Of a stretch of DNA of 64,000 bases, positions 35,841 to 45,463 are shown piece by piece (within the stretch, counting starts at the first letter, position 1; every line of letters begins with the position of its first letter). Location of the stretch: assembly GCA_963810285.1 (NCBI GenBank), contig CAWEMV010000002.1, positions 1,053,177 through 1,117,176 on the forward strand, given 5' to 3'. Under the pieces are notes generated by a model, which ran no database searches, was not told where the DNA came from, and worked only from the letters and a program-made list of their open reading frames with translations. Source of the stretch: an uncultured Chloroflexia bacterium (GTDB lineage Bacteria > Chloroflexota > Limnocylindria > Limnocylindrales > CSP1-4). The position numbers were made by a program, and so were the translations under genes.

Positions 35841-36890
35841 ATGGCGATGGCACAGCCCGGAACCCCGTCGCTGGCCGATCAGGTCACGCGCCTGTACGAC
35901 CTCATCGGCGGGTACCACGCGACGAACCTCGTGGAGATCGGCCGCGAGCTCGGCGTCTGGGAGGCCCTGGCCGCGGAGCCCGGCCTGGGGACCGCCGAGC
36001 TCGCGCGCCGCCTCGGGATCGATCCGGCCTACACCGAGACCCTGTGCGTCACGGCGCTCGCATTCGAGCTCGCAGAGCGGTCCGGCGACGGCTGGCGGAT
36101 GGCCCCCCACTTCGACACGATCCTCGGCGACCCGTCGTCGGCCTTCTATCTCGGCCGGGCAGCTCGCGTCCACATGGTCGTCGGGGAGGACTACGCGGAC
36201 TATCCGGCACGGTTCCGTAGCGGCGAGCGCGTCCCGTTCGATCGCCACGGAGAGCGCTTCGTGCAGGAGGTCGGGGACGCACTGAACACGCTGCCCCGCA
36301 TCTTCGTGGACGTCGTCCTGCCCCGGCTGGGCCCGTTGGCCGAGCGGCTCGAGGCGGGCGCTCGGCTGCTCGAGGTCGGCTGCGGTTCCGGCCACGCGAT
36401 CGTCGAGCTGGCGGGCCGCTTCCCGCGCATCGACGTCGTCGGTGTCGATCCGGAGCCGATCTCGATCTCGCTGGCCCAAGCGCGGATCGAGGAGGCCGGA
36501 TTGGCGGACCGATGCCGGGCACGCACGCTGGGCGTCGAGGGTCTCCAGGACGTCGAGGCGTTCGACGTCGCGACGGCCTTCCTCGTGGTCCACGAGATCA
36601 CGCCCGAGGCGAAGGACGAGGCCTTCGGGGCGGTCGCACGCAGCCTCCGGCCAGGCGGCACCTTCGTCATCTTCGACGAGGCGATGCCCGAGACGGACGC
36701 CGGCCTGCAGCAGATGCCCGGCCGCTTCGGCGCTGTCGCCCAGTGGTTCGAGCTGACGTGGGGGAACGAGATCGACACGCGGTCGACGTTGGTCGGTCGC
36801 TGCGAACGAGCCGGCCTTCGGGTCGTCGACGAGACGACCTTCTCGCGCTTCCTGATCGTGGTCGCCGAGAAGCCGGAAGAGGGCGGGTGA
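35841..36890 (+). CDS. class I SAM-dependent methyltransferase (with N-terminal winged-helix-like domain)
   Basis: SAM motif I LLEVGCGSGHAIVELA. Taken from ORF 35412..36890. ATG 35841 avoids overlap with the urease gene, and ATG 35805 is an alternative start. Confidence 0.7.
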   Translation: MAMAQPGTPSLADQVTRLYDLIGGYHATNLVEIGRELGVWEALAAEPGLGTAELARRLGIDPAYTETLCVTALAFELAERSGDGWRMAPHFDTILGDPSSAFYLGRAARVHMVVGEDYADYPARFRSGERVPFDRHGERFVQEVGDALNTLPRIFVDVVLPRLGPLAERLEAGARLLEVGCGSGHAIVELAGRFPRIDVVGVDPEPISISLAQARIEEAGLADRCRARTLGVEGLQDVEAFDVATAFLVVHEITPEAKDEAFGAVARSLRPGGTFVIFDEAMPETDAGLQQMPGRFGAVAQWFELTWGNEIDTRSTLVGRCERAGLRVVDETTFSRFLIVVAEKPEEGG

Positions 36891-36892
36891 GC

Positions 36893-37687
36893 TCAGTCGC
36901 CGGGGGTCGCCTCCGATGAGACCGGGCCAGCGTCCGTCGTGGGCGCAACGACCTTCGGACGGCGTCGGGCGAGCCAGATGATCAGGACGTTGAGCAGCGC
37001 GACGTAACCGACGATCGCCAGGAGGCCACCGGTCCCGAGCCACAGGATCCGGTCGATCGTCACGTGGACGTCGGCGATGCGGACCTGCAGGTCCTCGACC
37101 GCCGTTCGCAGCGTGCGCGCGGTGTCCACGGCCGACGTGACCCTCTCGCGCAGCGTCGTTGCGGCAGCGGCGATGTCGCCGGCGGTCGCCCGCGCGGCAC
37201 CGCGCATCCCGCTGAGGGCCGCGTCGAGGCCGGTCAGCCGGTCGTCGGCCTGCGCGAGGGTGTCCGAGACGCCGGTCGGTAGCTGCACGCCGGGAACGAA
37301 CCGGGCTGCCGCTCGTACGTAGCCCAGCGCGGCCTGCGCCTGTTCGCGCGCCGCGACGAAGCGATCACGGGCGGGCGCGTAGGCCTCCATCACCGACGAC
37401 ACCTTCGCGGCCACGGCGGCCGGTACTGCGCCCGTCGCCGGCAGCGGACCGAGATCGCCGATCAGCTCCTCGAGCGTGCCGGCTCCGCCGGTCATCCGGT
37501 CCCTGGCGTCGTCGATGCTGGCGAGGCCGTTCGAGATCGACGTGTCGGCGGTGACGAACACGTCGCCGACCGCGACCGCCACGTACGAGCGTCCGAGGAG
37601 GATGCCGACCGCCAGGACGATGCAGACGACGAGGCCGACGAACCCCAGCAGCTGGAGCAGCCTCGAGCTCCATCGTCCGAGTGCCAT
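36893..37687 (-). CDS. hypothetical membrane protein (two TM helices flanking an Ala-rich helical domain)
   Basis: 264-aa ORF with TM helices at both ends. No recognisable family. Confidence 0.45.
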   Translation of the reverse strand: MALGRWSSRLLQLLGFVGLVVCIVLAVGILLGRSYVAVAVGDVFVTADTSISNGLASIDDARDRMTGGAGTLEELIGDLGPLPATGAVPAAVAAKVSSVMEAYAPARDRFVAAREQAQAALGYVRAAARFVPGVQLPTGVSDTLAQADDRLTGLDAALSGMRGAARATAGDIAAAATTLRERVTSAVDTARTLRTAVEDLQVRIADVHVTIDRILWLGTGGLLAIVGYVALLNVLIIWLARRRPKVVAPTTDAGPVSSEATPGD

Positions 37688-37742
37688 CCGCCTGCCCTCC
37701 GCTCTCTGTGGTCAGATGGAGGGTACCCCGGCTGGGTCGGTG

Positions 37743-38975
37743 TCAGGCGGCGGTCGCGCGGGCGGGGGCGATCTCCCAGGCACGGCTCTCGACCGGCACG
37801 CCGGGCCGGGCTCGGGCGTACAGCGCGACGCCGATCGCGGATGACGCCGCGCACAGCAGCAGCCCCGACGTGACGTCGACGACACCGAGCTGGAGCAGCC
37901 CGCTCATGAGGAACGCGGCGACGATCCCGCGGGCACCGGTGAACGCGTTCCAGCCGGCCATCGCGGCCGCGCGCGTGACGAGCGGGGTCTGGTCGCTCAC
38001 GACGGCGGCGATGCCGACGTCGATCGAGGCGCTCGCGGTGCCAGCCGCGACCGCGGCGAACCAGAGCACGGCGACGTGCGGTGCGAACGCGTACGCGACG
38101 AGCGACGTCAGCCCGATGGCGCCGCCGATCCGGAGCGCCATCAACGGGCCGTGTCGGTCCGCGACCGCGCCCCAGACGAGGAACGCGACCGTGGTGGAGG
38201 CCGCCGACAGGATGCCGATCACGCCGACCTGCGCCATCGTCAGGTCGAGTCGGTCGACATGGACGAGCGCGTACAGCGGCGCGGCGGCGATGAGGCCGCC
38301 ACCGAAGAAGCCCTGCGCAAGCGCCATCCTCGCGAGGACCGGGCGCTCGCGGAGGGAACGCAGCGAGTCACGTGCCGAGAACGCCAGCGCCCGTTCTCCG
38401 GACTGGGCGCGCAGACCGGCCAGGGCGATCGCGCATGCGACGCCGACCAGGCCGGCGATCGCGACCGCGCTCGGCCCACCGAGGCGGTCGGCGAGGAGGC
38501 CACCGGCGAACGCGGCGAACGCGGCAGCCGCCGCACGGCCCATCCCGACGAAGCCCAGGACACGCCCGCGCAGCCGCGCGGGATACATCGCGCCCCACAG
38601 CCGCAGATGGAACGGACCACCGAACGACAGGCTGATCCAGAACACCACGGCGACGACGACCATCGTGACGGGGGAGGGCATCAGGAACAGCAGCACCAGC
38701 GATGCGGCGCCCGTGGCGCGGATCAGGGCGAGCTGTCGCGGGGAGCGCGGCCCGAGCCTGCCAGCGAACGCGCTCAGGAGGTTCGCCACGAATGGCGCGG
38801 CGGCGAGCGCCGAGAGGCCGAGCGGCTCCAGCCCGCCACGGCGAGCGATGGTGGGCAGCAACGCACCGATGAGCGCGGTCGTCACGCCGACGCCGATCGC
38901 GGCGGACAGGTCGAGCGCCAGGTTGCGTCCGACGGCGCGCCGGGACGGCGTGGAGATGAGTGACGGTCGGAACAC
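37743..38975 (-). CDS. MFS transporter
   Basis: 410 aa with ~12 TM helices and MFS-like loop motifs (YPARLRGRVLGF). Confidence 0.8.
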   Translation of the reverse strand: MFRPSLISTPSRRAVGRNLALDLSAAIGVGVTTALIGALLPTIARRGGLEPLGLSALAAAPFVANLLSAFAGRLGPRSPRQLALIRATGAASLVLLFLMPSPVTMVVVAVVFWISLSFGGPFHLRLWGAMYPARLRGRVLGFVGMGRAAAAAFAAFAGGLLADRLGGPSAVAIAGLVGVACAIALAGLRAQSGERALAFSARDSLRSLRERPVLARMALAQGFFGGGLIAAAPLYALVHVDRLDLTMAQVGVIGILSAASTTVAFLVWGAVADRHGPLMALRIGGAIGLTSLVAYAFAPHVAVLWFAAVAAGTASASIDVGIAAVVSDQTPLVTRAAAMAGWNAFTGARGIVAAFLMSGLLQLGVVDVTSGLLLCAASSAIGVALYARARPGVPVESRAWEIAPARATAA

Positions 38976-39247
38976 GCGTACCTCGAATCAGCCCTGTCGG
39001 CCTCCGAGGTCAGCTGTCGGGCTCGGCGTGGGTCCGCCGGCGCGGTCGATCCGCGTTTCGCCCCAAGGAAGTGGGTCCCCCGTCCTCGATCGAGGAGGTT
39101 CGGCCAAGGACGATGATACCGGGGGAAGTCCGATCCTGCCCTGGACCGAAGGTCCCGGTCGCCCGATGTTCGTTCGGCCGTGGGGTCGATCGGCTGGAAC
39201 GCCGGCTCGTGGTACCATGAACAAACCGAACCGACGTTCGGTCCTGT

Positions 39248-39621
39248 GGGGATGCGTGGTTTCGACAGGGCTTGGTTGTCGGAGAGTGCGAGCCGAGGTG
39301 CCGTCAGGCCTCGTTAAACAGGCGGCAAAACGAAGTACCTGGCAACCGCCAGTCGACTCTCGCCCTCGCCGCTTAGGCGGTAAGGTGAGCGTGGAAGCTG
39401 CCTCAGTCCCGCGGGTAGTGGAAGCGTCATGCAGCGGGGCTGCGATCCGGATCAGCGTCGCGTAGTCCGGAGTCAAGCCCGATCTAGGGGCACGTGACTG
39501 GACCGTCCGGCAGGGTGCCGATGTTCGTCCGGGCGGTCGACGACAAACCATCGGACACGCTCGTAGTGGTCTCCGGTGAAGGGTTCTGGACGGGGAGTTC
39601 GACTCTCCCCCATCTCCACCA
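39248..39621 (+). ncRNA. ssrA: transfer-messenger RNA (tmRNA, SsrA)
   Basis: The 5' GGGGAUG pairs with the 3' CAUCUCC-ACCA, including the G3-U identity pair. The T-arm is GGGGAGTTCGACTCTCCCC. The internal tag frame GGC AAC CGC CAG TCG ACT CTC GCC CTC GCC GCT TAG gives (A)GNRQSTLALAA, with the canonical LAA degron end. Confidence 0.93.
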
Positions 39622-39622
39622 A

Positions 39623-39645
39623 CGTCCGTAGGTTGGCTACGGACG
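39623..39645 (+). terminator. hairpin immediately after tmRNA
   Basis: Perfect 9-bp stem CGTCCGTAG / CTACGGACG with a 5-nt loop, starting 2 nt after CCA. No U-tract. Confidence 0.5.
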
Positions 39646-39683
39646 CGGCACCCATTCATGGGTCGCGTACTGCCGCTGGCCTG

Positions 39684-40091
39684 TCATGCCGCACCAGCCC
39701 AGAGCGAGCGCGACAGACGGTAGCCGTCAGAGGACCGAAGTCCGTCGCCCATCGCCCAGTCGACGACGATGTGGCTGAGCCACGCCATCGCTCCGACGAG
39801 CCAGAACGTCGGCAGCACGCCGGTCGCCGCGACCACCAGAAGCGCGAGGGGCACGACCGGGTGGTGCATGACATTGAAGAGTGGGACGGCCCTCCGCGCA
39901 AGCTGGCCGGGCGCGTGCGGCTGACCCCGTCCCAGCAGGACCGGGAGATGCGGGACGATCCCGAAGATCAGGACCGGAGCCAGGCCGAGCCCGTGGAGAC
40001 CCGACTGACCGTTCGCGTACACCGCGATCGCCAGGCCGGGAACGAGCCACAGGTGGCGCCATGCCGGCCTGGGCATCCGCGGCCGCCTCAT
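39684..40091 (-). CDS. DUF4260-like membrane protein
   Basis: ATG 40091 (ATGA overlap with the upstream stop). The FNVMHHPVVPLAL...AWLSHIVVDWAMGDGL pattern resembles DUF4260. Call is tentative. Confidence 0.45.
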   Translation of the reverse strand: MRRPRMPRPAWRHLWLVPGLAIAVYANGQSGLHGLGLAPVLIFGIVPHLPVLLGRGQPHAPGQLARRAVPLFNVMHHPVVPLALLVVAATGVLPTFWLVGAMAWLSHIVVDWAMGDGLRSSDGYRLSRSLWAGAA

Positions 40092-40585
40092 GACCGCCCA
40101 CCTTGCCCAGCCGGCGCGGGCTCGAGGATGACGATCGCGGTCTCGTTCGTTCGGCGCTCGGCGAGCCGATCGATGTCCTCGCCCCATCCCGGGTAGTCGC
40201 TGAACCTCGCCCACAGCCGCGCCCGCTCCTCGCCGGTCGCGGCGCGGGCTCGCACCGCGCGTGGGCCGTCAGCGAGCTGGACGGTCGCGTCGGGCGTCTC
40301 CTGGAGGTTCAACCACCAAGCCGGTTCGGCGTCAGCCCAGCCGTTCATCGCCAGGGTCACCAGGTTCGGACCGTCCTCGAAGTAGCCGAGCATGGCGACT
40401 CGAGCCTTGCCGGAGCGTCGTCCCACCGTGGTGACACGCATGAAGCCGAACTTCGCGCCCGCCTCGGGCTGCGAGAGGCCGAAGCGGCCTCCCGTCAGCC
40501 GAAAGGCTGCTCGATGGAGCATCCAGAACGTCCGGATGAGGGGGCGCGGCGGGGTCCGAAGCTCGTGCTGACTCTGCGCCGTCAT
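40088..40585 (-). CDS. nitroreductase-family deazaflavin (F420)-dependent oxidoreductase (Ddn-like)
   Basis: VTTVGRRSGKARVAMLGYFEDGPNLVTLAMNGWADAEPAWWLNL...ATGEERARLWARF is the typical pattern. ATG 40585 has an ATGA overlap. Confidence 0.72.
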   Translation of the reverse strand: MTAQSQHELRTPPRPLIRTFWMLHRAAFRLTGGRFGLSQPEAGAKFGFMRVTTVGRRSGKARVAMLGYFEDGPNLVTLAMNGWADAEPAWWLNLQETPDATVQLADGPRAVRARAATGEERARLWARFSDYPGWGEDIDRLAERRTNETAIVILEPAPAGQGGRS

Positions 40586-41382
40586 GCCGCACCAGCCTTG
40601 GCCGTGATGCCGACCGACGACGACGCCATCGGCGCCGAGGAGGTAGGACCGTTCACCTCGGCCATGGCGGCCACGACGATCGGAGCGGTGCGGTTGAAGC
40701 CCTTGAAGGTCAGCCACAGGCCAACGGCCAGTTCCCAGAAGAAGAACGGGAAGACGGCGATGCTGTGCCATGCCGTGTTGGGTTCGGTGATGCCGATCAT
40801 CGCGCCGGCGGCCCAGGAGGTGATCAGCGGAGCACCGACGAGGCCCAGGGCCGGGATGGCCCGCGGCACGAGTCGGGACCGGTACAGGAGGGTGCCGAAC
40901 ATCAGGGCGTTGAAGCCGGCCATGCTGGGTCCGATGACCATCGTCCAGTGGCGGACGTCCACGAGGGCGATGCCGACCGGAACGAAGGCCGCCGCATCTC
41001 CGCCCGCCGCCGCCGTCTGCTGCAGGGAGGAGACAGCGAGGATGCTGACGATGCCGATGACGATCACGGCGGCCTCGAACGACCGCGTGGCCACGTAGCC
41101 GAGGGCGAGTCCCTCGTGCTGACGCTTGACGATCGAGAACGCCGCGACGGCACAACCGATCAGTGCGAGGACGTTGACCATCTCGCAGACGGCGGCGATC
41201 CCGATCTGGGTGGCTGCGCCGGGGCCCGCGATGTAGTTCGGGTTCGTCAGGACGGGCGCCATCAGGAGCGCGCCCGGGATCGAGCCGATGAAGGTGAGCA
41301 GGTAGAGGATGCCCACGGCGAGGGCGGTCTTCCTTGTCGGGTCAAAGGGGAGGTCTGACCGGTTTTCGGGTGTTCTCGTCAT
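40582..41382 (-). CDS. DUF4386 domain-containing membrane protein
   Basis: AVGILYLLTFIGSIPGALLMAPVL...KRQHEGLALGYVATRSFEAAVIVIG is typical. ATG 41382 follows AAGGAG with 6-nt spacing, whereas the ORF track starts at the GTG at 41397. Confidence 0.7.
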   Translation of the reverse strand: MTRTPENRSDLPFDPTRKTALAVGILYLLTFIGSIPGALLMAPVLTNPNYIAGPGAATQIGIAAVCEMVNVLALIGCAVAAFSIVKRQHEGLALGYVATRSFEAAVIVIGIVSILAVSSLQQTAAAGGDAAAFVPVGIALVDVRHWTMVIGPSMAGFNALMFGTLLYRSRLVPRAIPALGLVGAPLITSWAAGAMIGITEPNTAWHSIAVFPFFFWELAVGLWLTFKGFNRTAPIVVAAMAEVNGPTSSAPMASSSVGITAKAGAA

Positions 41383-41393
41383 CTCGATCTCCT

Positions 41394-41672
41394 TCACATC
41401 CAGGGCGGGTTACCGGGTCCACGTCCGAGGTCGGGGTCAGCGCGATTGACCGAGACCAGCGGGACTCCAAGGTCGCGCACTCGCTGGAGCAGCCCGTGCA
41501 GCGCGGCCTGGTCGGTCACCAGACCTGTGAGCAACGTCGTCCCGTCGACCTCGTGGCTCAGGGTCAGCCCGTCGAACTTGGCTGCCCAGCGCGCATCGAG
41601 ATGCCCCGTGACCCGGATCTCGTACCGATCCGGCTCATCGGGGTGTCGGGTTGGTCGGTGCTTCGGCTGCAT
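41394..41672 (-). CDS. hypothetical small protein
   Basis: ATG 41672 follows AGGAG. The YEIRVTGHLDARWAAKFDGLTLSHEVDGTTLLTGLVTDQAALHGLLQRVRDLGVPLVSV pattern recurs in small actinobacterial proteins of unknown function. Confidence 0.45.
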   Translation of the reverse strand: MQPKHRPTRHPDEPDRYEIRVTGHLDARWAAKFDGLTLSHEVDGTTLLTGLVTDQAALHGLLQRVRDLGVPLVSVNRADPDLGRGPGNPPWM

Positions 41673-41843
41673 TCCGCTCCTGGGGTGTGTCCCCGGCTCC
41701 TTCTCGAGTCGCCGATCGGCGACTGAGCACACGGTGGAAGCGGATGTGGTGAGCACGCATCACCACACGATGTGATTGGACTGGTGATTTCGCCCTGCCA
41801 CCACGGCGCCACGCCGGGCCTGGTTGCGCCCGAGGAAGAGGGA

Positions 41844-44591
41844 CTATCCCGCGGGCAGGTCCCGTGTCCCCGAGAAGAGGTTCATCTCATCAGCCCGCAG
41901 GATCGCGGAACGGCGACTGTTCACGCCGAGCTTCGTGTAGATGTTCTTCGTGTGGGTCCGAAGGGTGTTGAGCGAGATGTGCAGCTCGCGTGCCAGATCG
42001 GGACCATCCAGATCGCTGCGGAGGAGACGCAGGACTTCCAGCTCGCGCTGGCTCAATGGTTCGATGAGCGTCTGTCGTGGGGCATCTCGACCCATGGTCG
42101 AACCCGCGGCGGCACGCAGCTCGGACAGAAACGCCGAACCACCCCTTCGACCAGAGATGGCGCTCAGCAGCGCCATCATCGGAGTCCCTTCGTCGAGGAA
42201 CACCCGGACCCAGCCATCCGGTTCTGCGAGGGCGACGGCCCGGTCGAGATCCGCGGCGGCGTCGGCGATCTCGCCGCGCGCGTGCCGGCCGAGTGCAAGG
42301 GCGACCAGAAGATCGAGGGCACTCCCCAGCCGCCCGCCGTCGAGAGCGGACCTCAACAGGCGTTCCGCGAGGCGGATCGCGGAAGCGATCTTGGCACCGT
42401 CGTGGTCTCGGACACCCTCGGCCAGCAGCAACCGGACGAGCGTTCCGTGCTCGAACTCGTGCAGATACGTGAGTTGGTCGTCCGCAGTCACCGCGACATC
42501 GCGTGACCACGCCCTCGCATCGGCCAGCCGGCCCTGCTGCACCCGGACACGCGCCCGCAACGCCGCGATCGGGCGGACGTTCGGAGAGAAGTCGCCGTCG
42601 TACCGCTGCTCTGCTTCGTCGAGTGCGCTCACGGCTTCGTCGGGCTGACCCTCGGCGAGTGCGATCCGCGCCCGCGCCACCCGGAGCCGGTAGGGATTCT
42701 GAGGGAGGCCCAGTGCTTCGCCCAGGGACTCGGCAGCCGCGAGATGCTTCCTTGCCGCCTCCATGTGATTTCGTTCCAGATCGATCTCACTCAAGCCGAC
42801 ATGCATATCGGCCGTCCCGCGAAGCGGTGATGCCTCGGATCGAGTCCCGATCTCAAGGCCGCGCTCCAGGATCGACGCGGCGTCGCCGAGTCGCCCCTGG
42901 GTCATCCGAATGTCCGCCATCGCGATGGACAGGCCGAGCAGATCGGCGGTACGTCCAGCCGCCTTGAGGCTATCGAACGATCGGGTCCACGCCGCATACG
43001 CGGCGTCGAGATCTCCGGTCGTCCAATAGGCGAGCGCGAGCAGGCCAGCCGCCCCACCGCGTCCGAGTTGGTCGGGTCCGGCGGCGGCAAGCGCCGCTTC
43101 GGCATGGACGATCGTCGCCGCCACGTCACCGCGCATGCGGGCAAGGCCAGCTCGGTGCAGCGGGACCGCGCTCGGCAGATGCGCAAGGAACGCTGTCTCG
43201 CGAACGATCATGCCGGCGGCCTCCGCCTTCGCGCGTTCGTCTACGTCGCTGACGGCAGGCATCCATCGCTCGGCGGCCATCAGGCGCTCCTCCACCTCGG
43301 CAACTTGACCGACCGAGAGGCGCGTGCCGGCGTCGATGATCGCCAGGGCCGGTCGAGTCTCGAAGGTGCTGCCGGGCAGGGCGTCGAGCCAGCGTCGGAG
43401 CGTCAGGTCCTGTCTTCGAGCGAACAGGTCGCGGGCTGCCAGCTCGATGAGGTCAGCGGCCCGGGAAGTGTCGTCGGCTGCGAGCGCGTGGTCGATCGCT
43501 GCCGCGAGGTCGCCCTCCTGCTCGAACCAGGCGCTCGCCCGGCGGTGGAGCGTCGGGATCAGGTGTGGCTGCTCGGCCAGCAAACGGGCACGCAGCACAT
43601 CGGCGAACAGGTGGTGGTAGCGGTACCAGCGCCGACGATCATCGAGCGCGATGACGAACAGGTTCGCGCGCTCGAGCGCCTCGAGCGTGTGGCCACCGTC
43701 ATCGACCTCGGTGACGGCTTCGCACAGGGACGCCGTCATTCGATCGAGGATCGAAGTCTCGAGCAGGAAACGCTGGGTCCGCTCCGCCTGGCGATCCAGG
43801 ACCTCCTCGACGAGGTAGTCGACGATGTACCGGTCGTCCCCGGCGAACTCCGCGATGAACGCGCCCGGATCGGGTCGCCCGCCGATCGACAGGGCGGCGA
43901 GCTGCAGAGCCGCGATCCAGCCTTCGGTCCGTCCCTCGAGGACGGCGACGTCGCCCGCCGCCAGCTGCAAGCCCATCGGGCCGTTGAGATACGCCTCGGC
44001 TTCGTGTTCGGTGAAGCGCAGGTCCGCGGCGCGGATCTCGACCAGGTCACCCCGCGCGCGAAGTCGAGCCAAGGGGAGGGATGGATCTGCGCGCGTGACG
44101 AGAACCACATGGAGTTGCGGCGGCGCGTGGTCGAGGAGGAACGCGACCCCCTCGTGGATCTCGGCCCGTTCGATGACGTGGTAGTCGTCGAGCACGAGCA
44201 TGATCTCATCCGAGATCTCGGCCAGGGCATTGACCAGCGTTGTCAGGACGGTTTCGATGGGCACCGCGTTCGAGTCGAGCAACGGACTCGCGACGTCGCC
44301 GACGTTCGTGGCTCGTTCGAGGGCGACCGTCACATAGGTCCAGAACGAGCGCACATCGTCGTCACCTTGGTCGAGCGAGACCCAGGCGACGGAGGCCGCA
44401 TGGCCCGAGGCGGACGACGATGCGAGCCACTCCGCGAGTAGGGTCGATTTGCCAAAGCCGGGTGGCGCCGAGATGACCGTCAGCTTCGACCTCGCCCCGC
44501 GCTCGAGAAGCTCCGCGAGTCGAGGTCGCGAGACGACCCCCGGACGTGGTCGAGGAGCGAAGAGCTTGGTCTCGACCAGCTGACTTGGCAT
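41844..44591 (-). CDS. LuxR-family transcriptional regulator, MalT-like (STAND ATPase + TPR-like region + C-terminal HTH)
   Basis: ~915 aa with the N-terminal TKLFAPRPRPGVVSRPRL and Walker A SAPPGFGKST. The C-terminus LSQRELEVLRLLRSDLDGPDLARELHISLNTLRTHTKNIYTKLGV is a LuxR HTH. Confidence 0.85.
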   Translation of the reverse strand: MPSQLVETKLFAPRPRPGVVSRPRLAELLERGARSKLTVISAPPGFGKSTLLAEWLASSSASGHAASVAWVSLDQGDDDVRSFWTYVTVALERATNVGDVASPLLDSNAVPIETVLTTLVNALAEISDEIMLVLDDYHVIERAEIHEGVAFLLDHAPPQLHVVLVTRADPSLPLARLRARGDLVEIRAADLRFTEHEAEAYLNGPMGLQLAAGDVAVLEGRTEGWIAALQLAALSIGGRPDPGAFIAEFAGDDRYIVDYLVEEVLDRQAERTQRFLLETSILDRMTASLCEAVTEVDDGGHTLEALERANLFVIALDDRRRWYRYHHLFADVLRARLLAEQPHLIPTLHRRASAWFEQEGDLAAAIDHALAADDTSRAADLIELAARDLFARRQDLTLRRWLDALPGSTFETRPALAIIDAGTRLSVGQVAEVEERLMAAERWMPAVSDVDERAKAEAAGMIVRETAFLAHLPSAVPLHRAGLARMRGDVAATIVHAEAALAAAGPDQLGRGGAAGLLALAYWTTGDLDAAYAAWTRSFDSLKAAGRTADLLGLSIAMADIRMTQGRLGDAASILERGLEIGTRSEASPLRGTADMHVGLSEIDLERNHMEAARKHLAAAESLGEALGLPQNPYRLRVARARIALAEGQPDEAVSALDEAEQRYDGDFSPNVRPIAALRARVRVQQGRLADARAWSRDVAVTADDQLTYLHEFEHGTLVRLLLAEGVRDHDGAKIASAIRLAERLLRSALDGGRLGSALDLLVALALGRHARGEIADAAADLDRAVALAEPDGWVRVFLDEGTPMMALLSAISGRRGGSAFLSELRAAAGSTMGRDAPRQTLIEPLSQRELEVLRLLRSDLDGPDLARELHISLNTLRTHTKNIYTKLGVNSRRSAILRADEMNLFSGTRDLPAG

Positions 44592-44638
44592 GACCCGATT
44601 CTGACGCCGATGGAGTGCGCCCACGTACCCGATGTCGG

Positions 44639-45463
44639 TCAGCGTCGAACTGCCCCTGTCGTCAGCCCCCGGATGAAGCTGCCTCGAAGGACGAGGAACA
44701 GCAGGAGTGGCGGGAGGATCGCGATCGCCATCCCCGCGAACGTCAGGCCCTGGTCCGTGGCGTAGAACGTCGAGAACCTGGTGAGGGCAAGCTGGACGGT
44801 AAACGCCTGTGGGCTCTGGATGAGCACGAGTGCCCCGGCGAAGTCATTCCACGTGAACACCGCGACCAGCGCAGCGACCGCCAATATCCCTGGACGTGCG
44901 AGCGGTATGACGATCCGGAGCAGGACCTCGACCCGGTCGGCCCCATCGACCCGTGCCGCATCGATCACGTCCTGCGGGATGGTGCGGAAGTACCCCGCCA
45001 GGATGACGGTCGCGAACGAGATGCTCGCGACCACGTTCGTCAGCGCGAGCCCGGGCAGGCTGTTGATCAGGCCGAGCGCGCGGTACATCGAGAACAGCGG
45101 GACGATCAAGACCTCCGTCGGGATGATCAGCGGCGCAAGGACGACCAGGAACAGCACGGCGCGGGCGGGCGGCCGCAGTCGGGTGAGGGCATAGGCACCG
45201 CTGATCGCAAGCCCGACCACGATCGCTACGGTCAGCGCGGTGACATAGGCCGAGTTCGCCATCGCCAAACCGAGTTGCCCGCGGTCCCACGCTTCGCCGA
45301 TGTTGCCGATCGCCGGCGGCCACGGAACGTCCCAAGGCGCGCGGTAGACGTCAGCGCTGGCCCGGATCGCGTTGACGAGCGTCCAGGCCACCGGATACAG
45401 CCAGATGACGGCGAGGCCGCTCAGGAGGACCGTCGGCCATCGGACCCGCGGCAGAGCAGTCAC
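44639..45463 (-). CDS. carbohydrate ABC transporter permease (MalG-like)
   Basis: GTG 45463 (GTGA overlap). EAA-loop region QDVIDAARVDGADRVEVLLRIVIPLARPG and 6 TM helices. Confidence 0.88.
   Translation of the reverse strand: MTALPRVRWPTVLLSGLAVIWLYPVAWTLVNAIRASADVYRAPWDVPWPPAIGNIGEAWDRGQLGLAMANSAYVTALTVAIVVGLAISGAYALTRLRPPARAVLFLVVLAPLIIPTEVLIVPLFSMYRALGLINSLPGLALTNVVASISFATVILAGYFRTIPQDVIDAARVDGADRVEVLLRIVIPLARPGILAVAALVAVFTWNDFAGALVLIQSPQAFTVQLALTRFSTFYATDQGLTFAGMAIAILPPLLLFLVLRGSFIRGLTTGAVRR

Noticed and set aside
39336-39380. Alternative tmRNA tag frame starting with GCA (ATASRLSPSPLRR-TAA).
   Set aside because: It has a canonical Ala resume codon but lacks the hydrophobic LAA-type degron. 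The GGC-initiated frame ends in STLALAA-TAG and is far more typical. Gly-first tags are known, for example in Bacillus.
38988-39659. 223-aa minus-strand ORF spanning the MFS-ssrA spacer and all of the tmRNA.
   Set aside because: It overlaps a confidently identified tmRNA on the opposite strand, and its translation is Arg/Pro/Gly-rich with no motifs.
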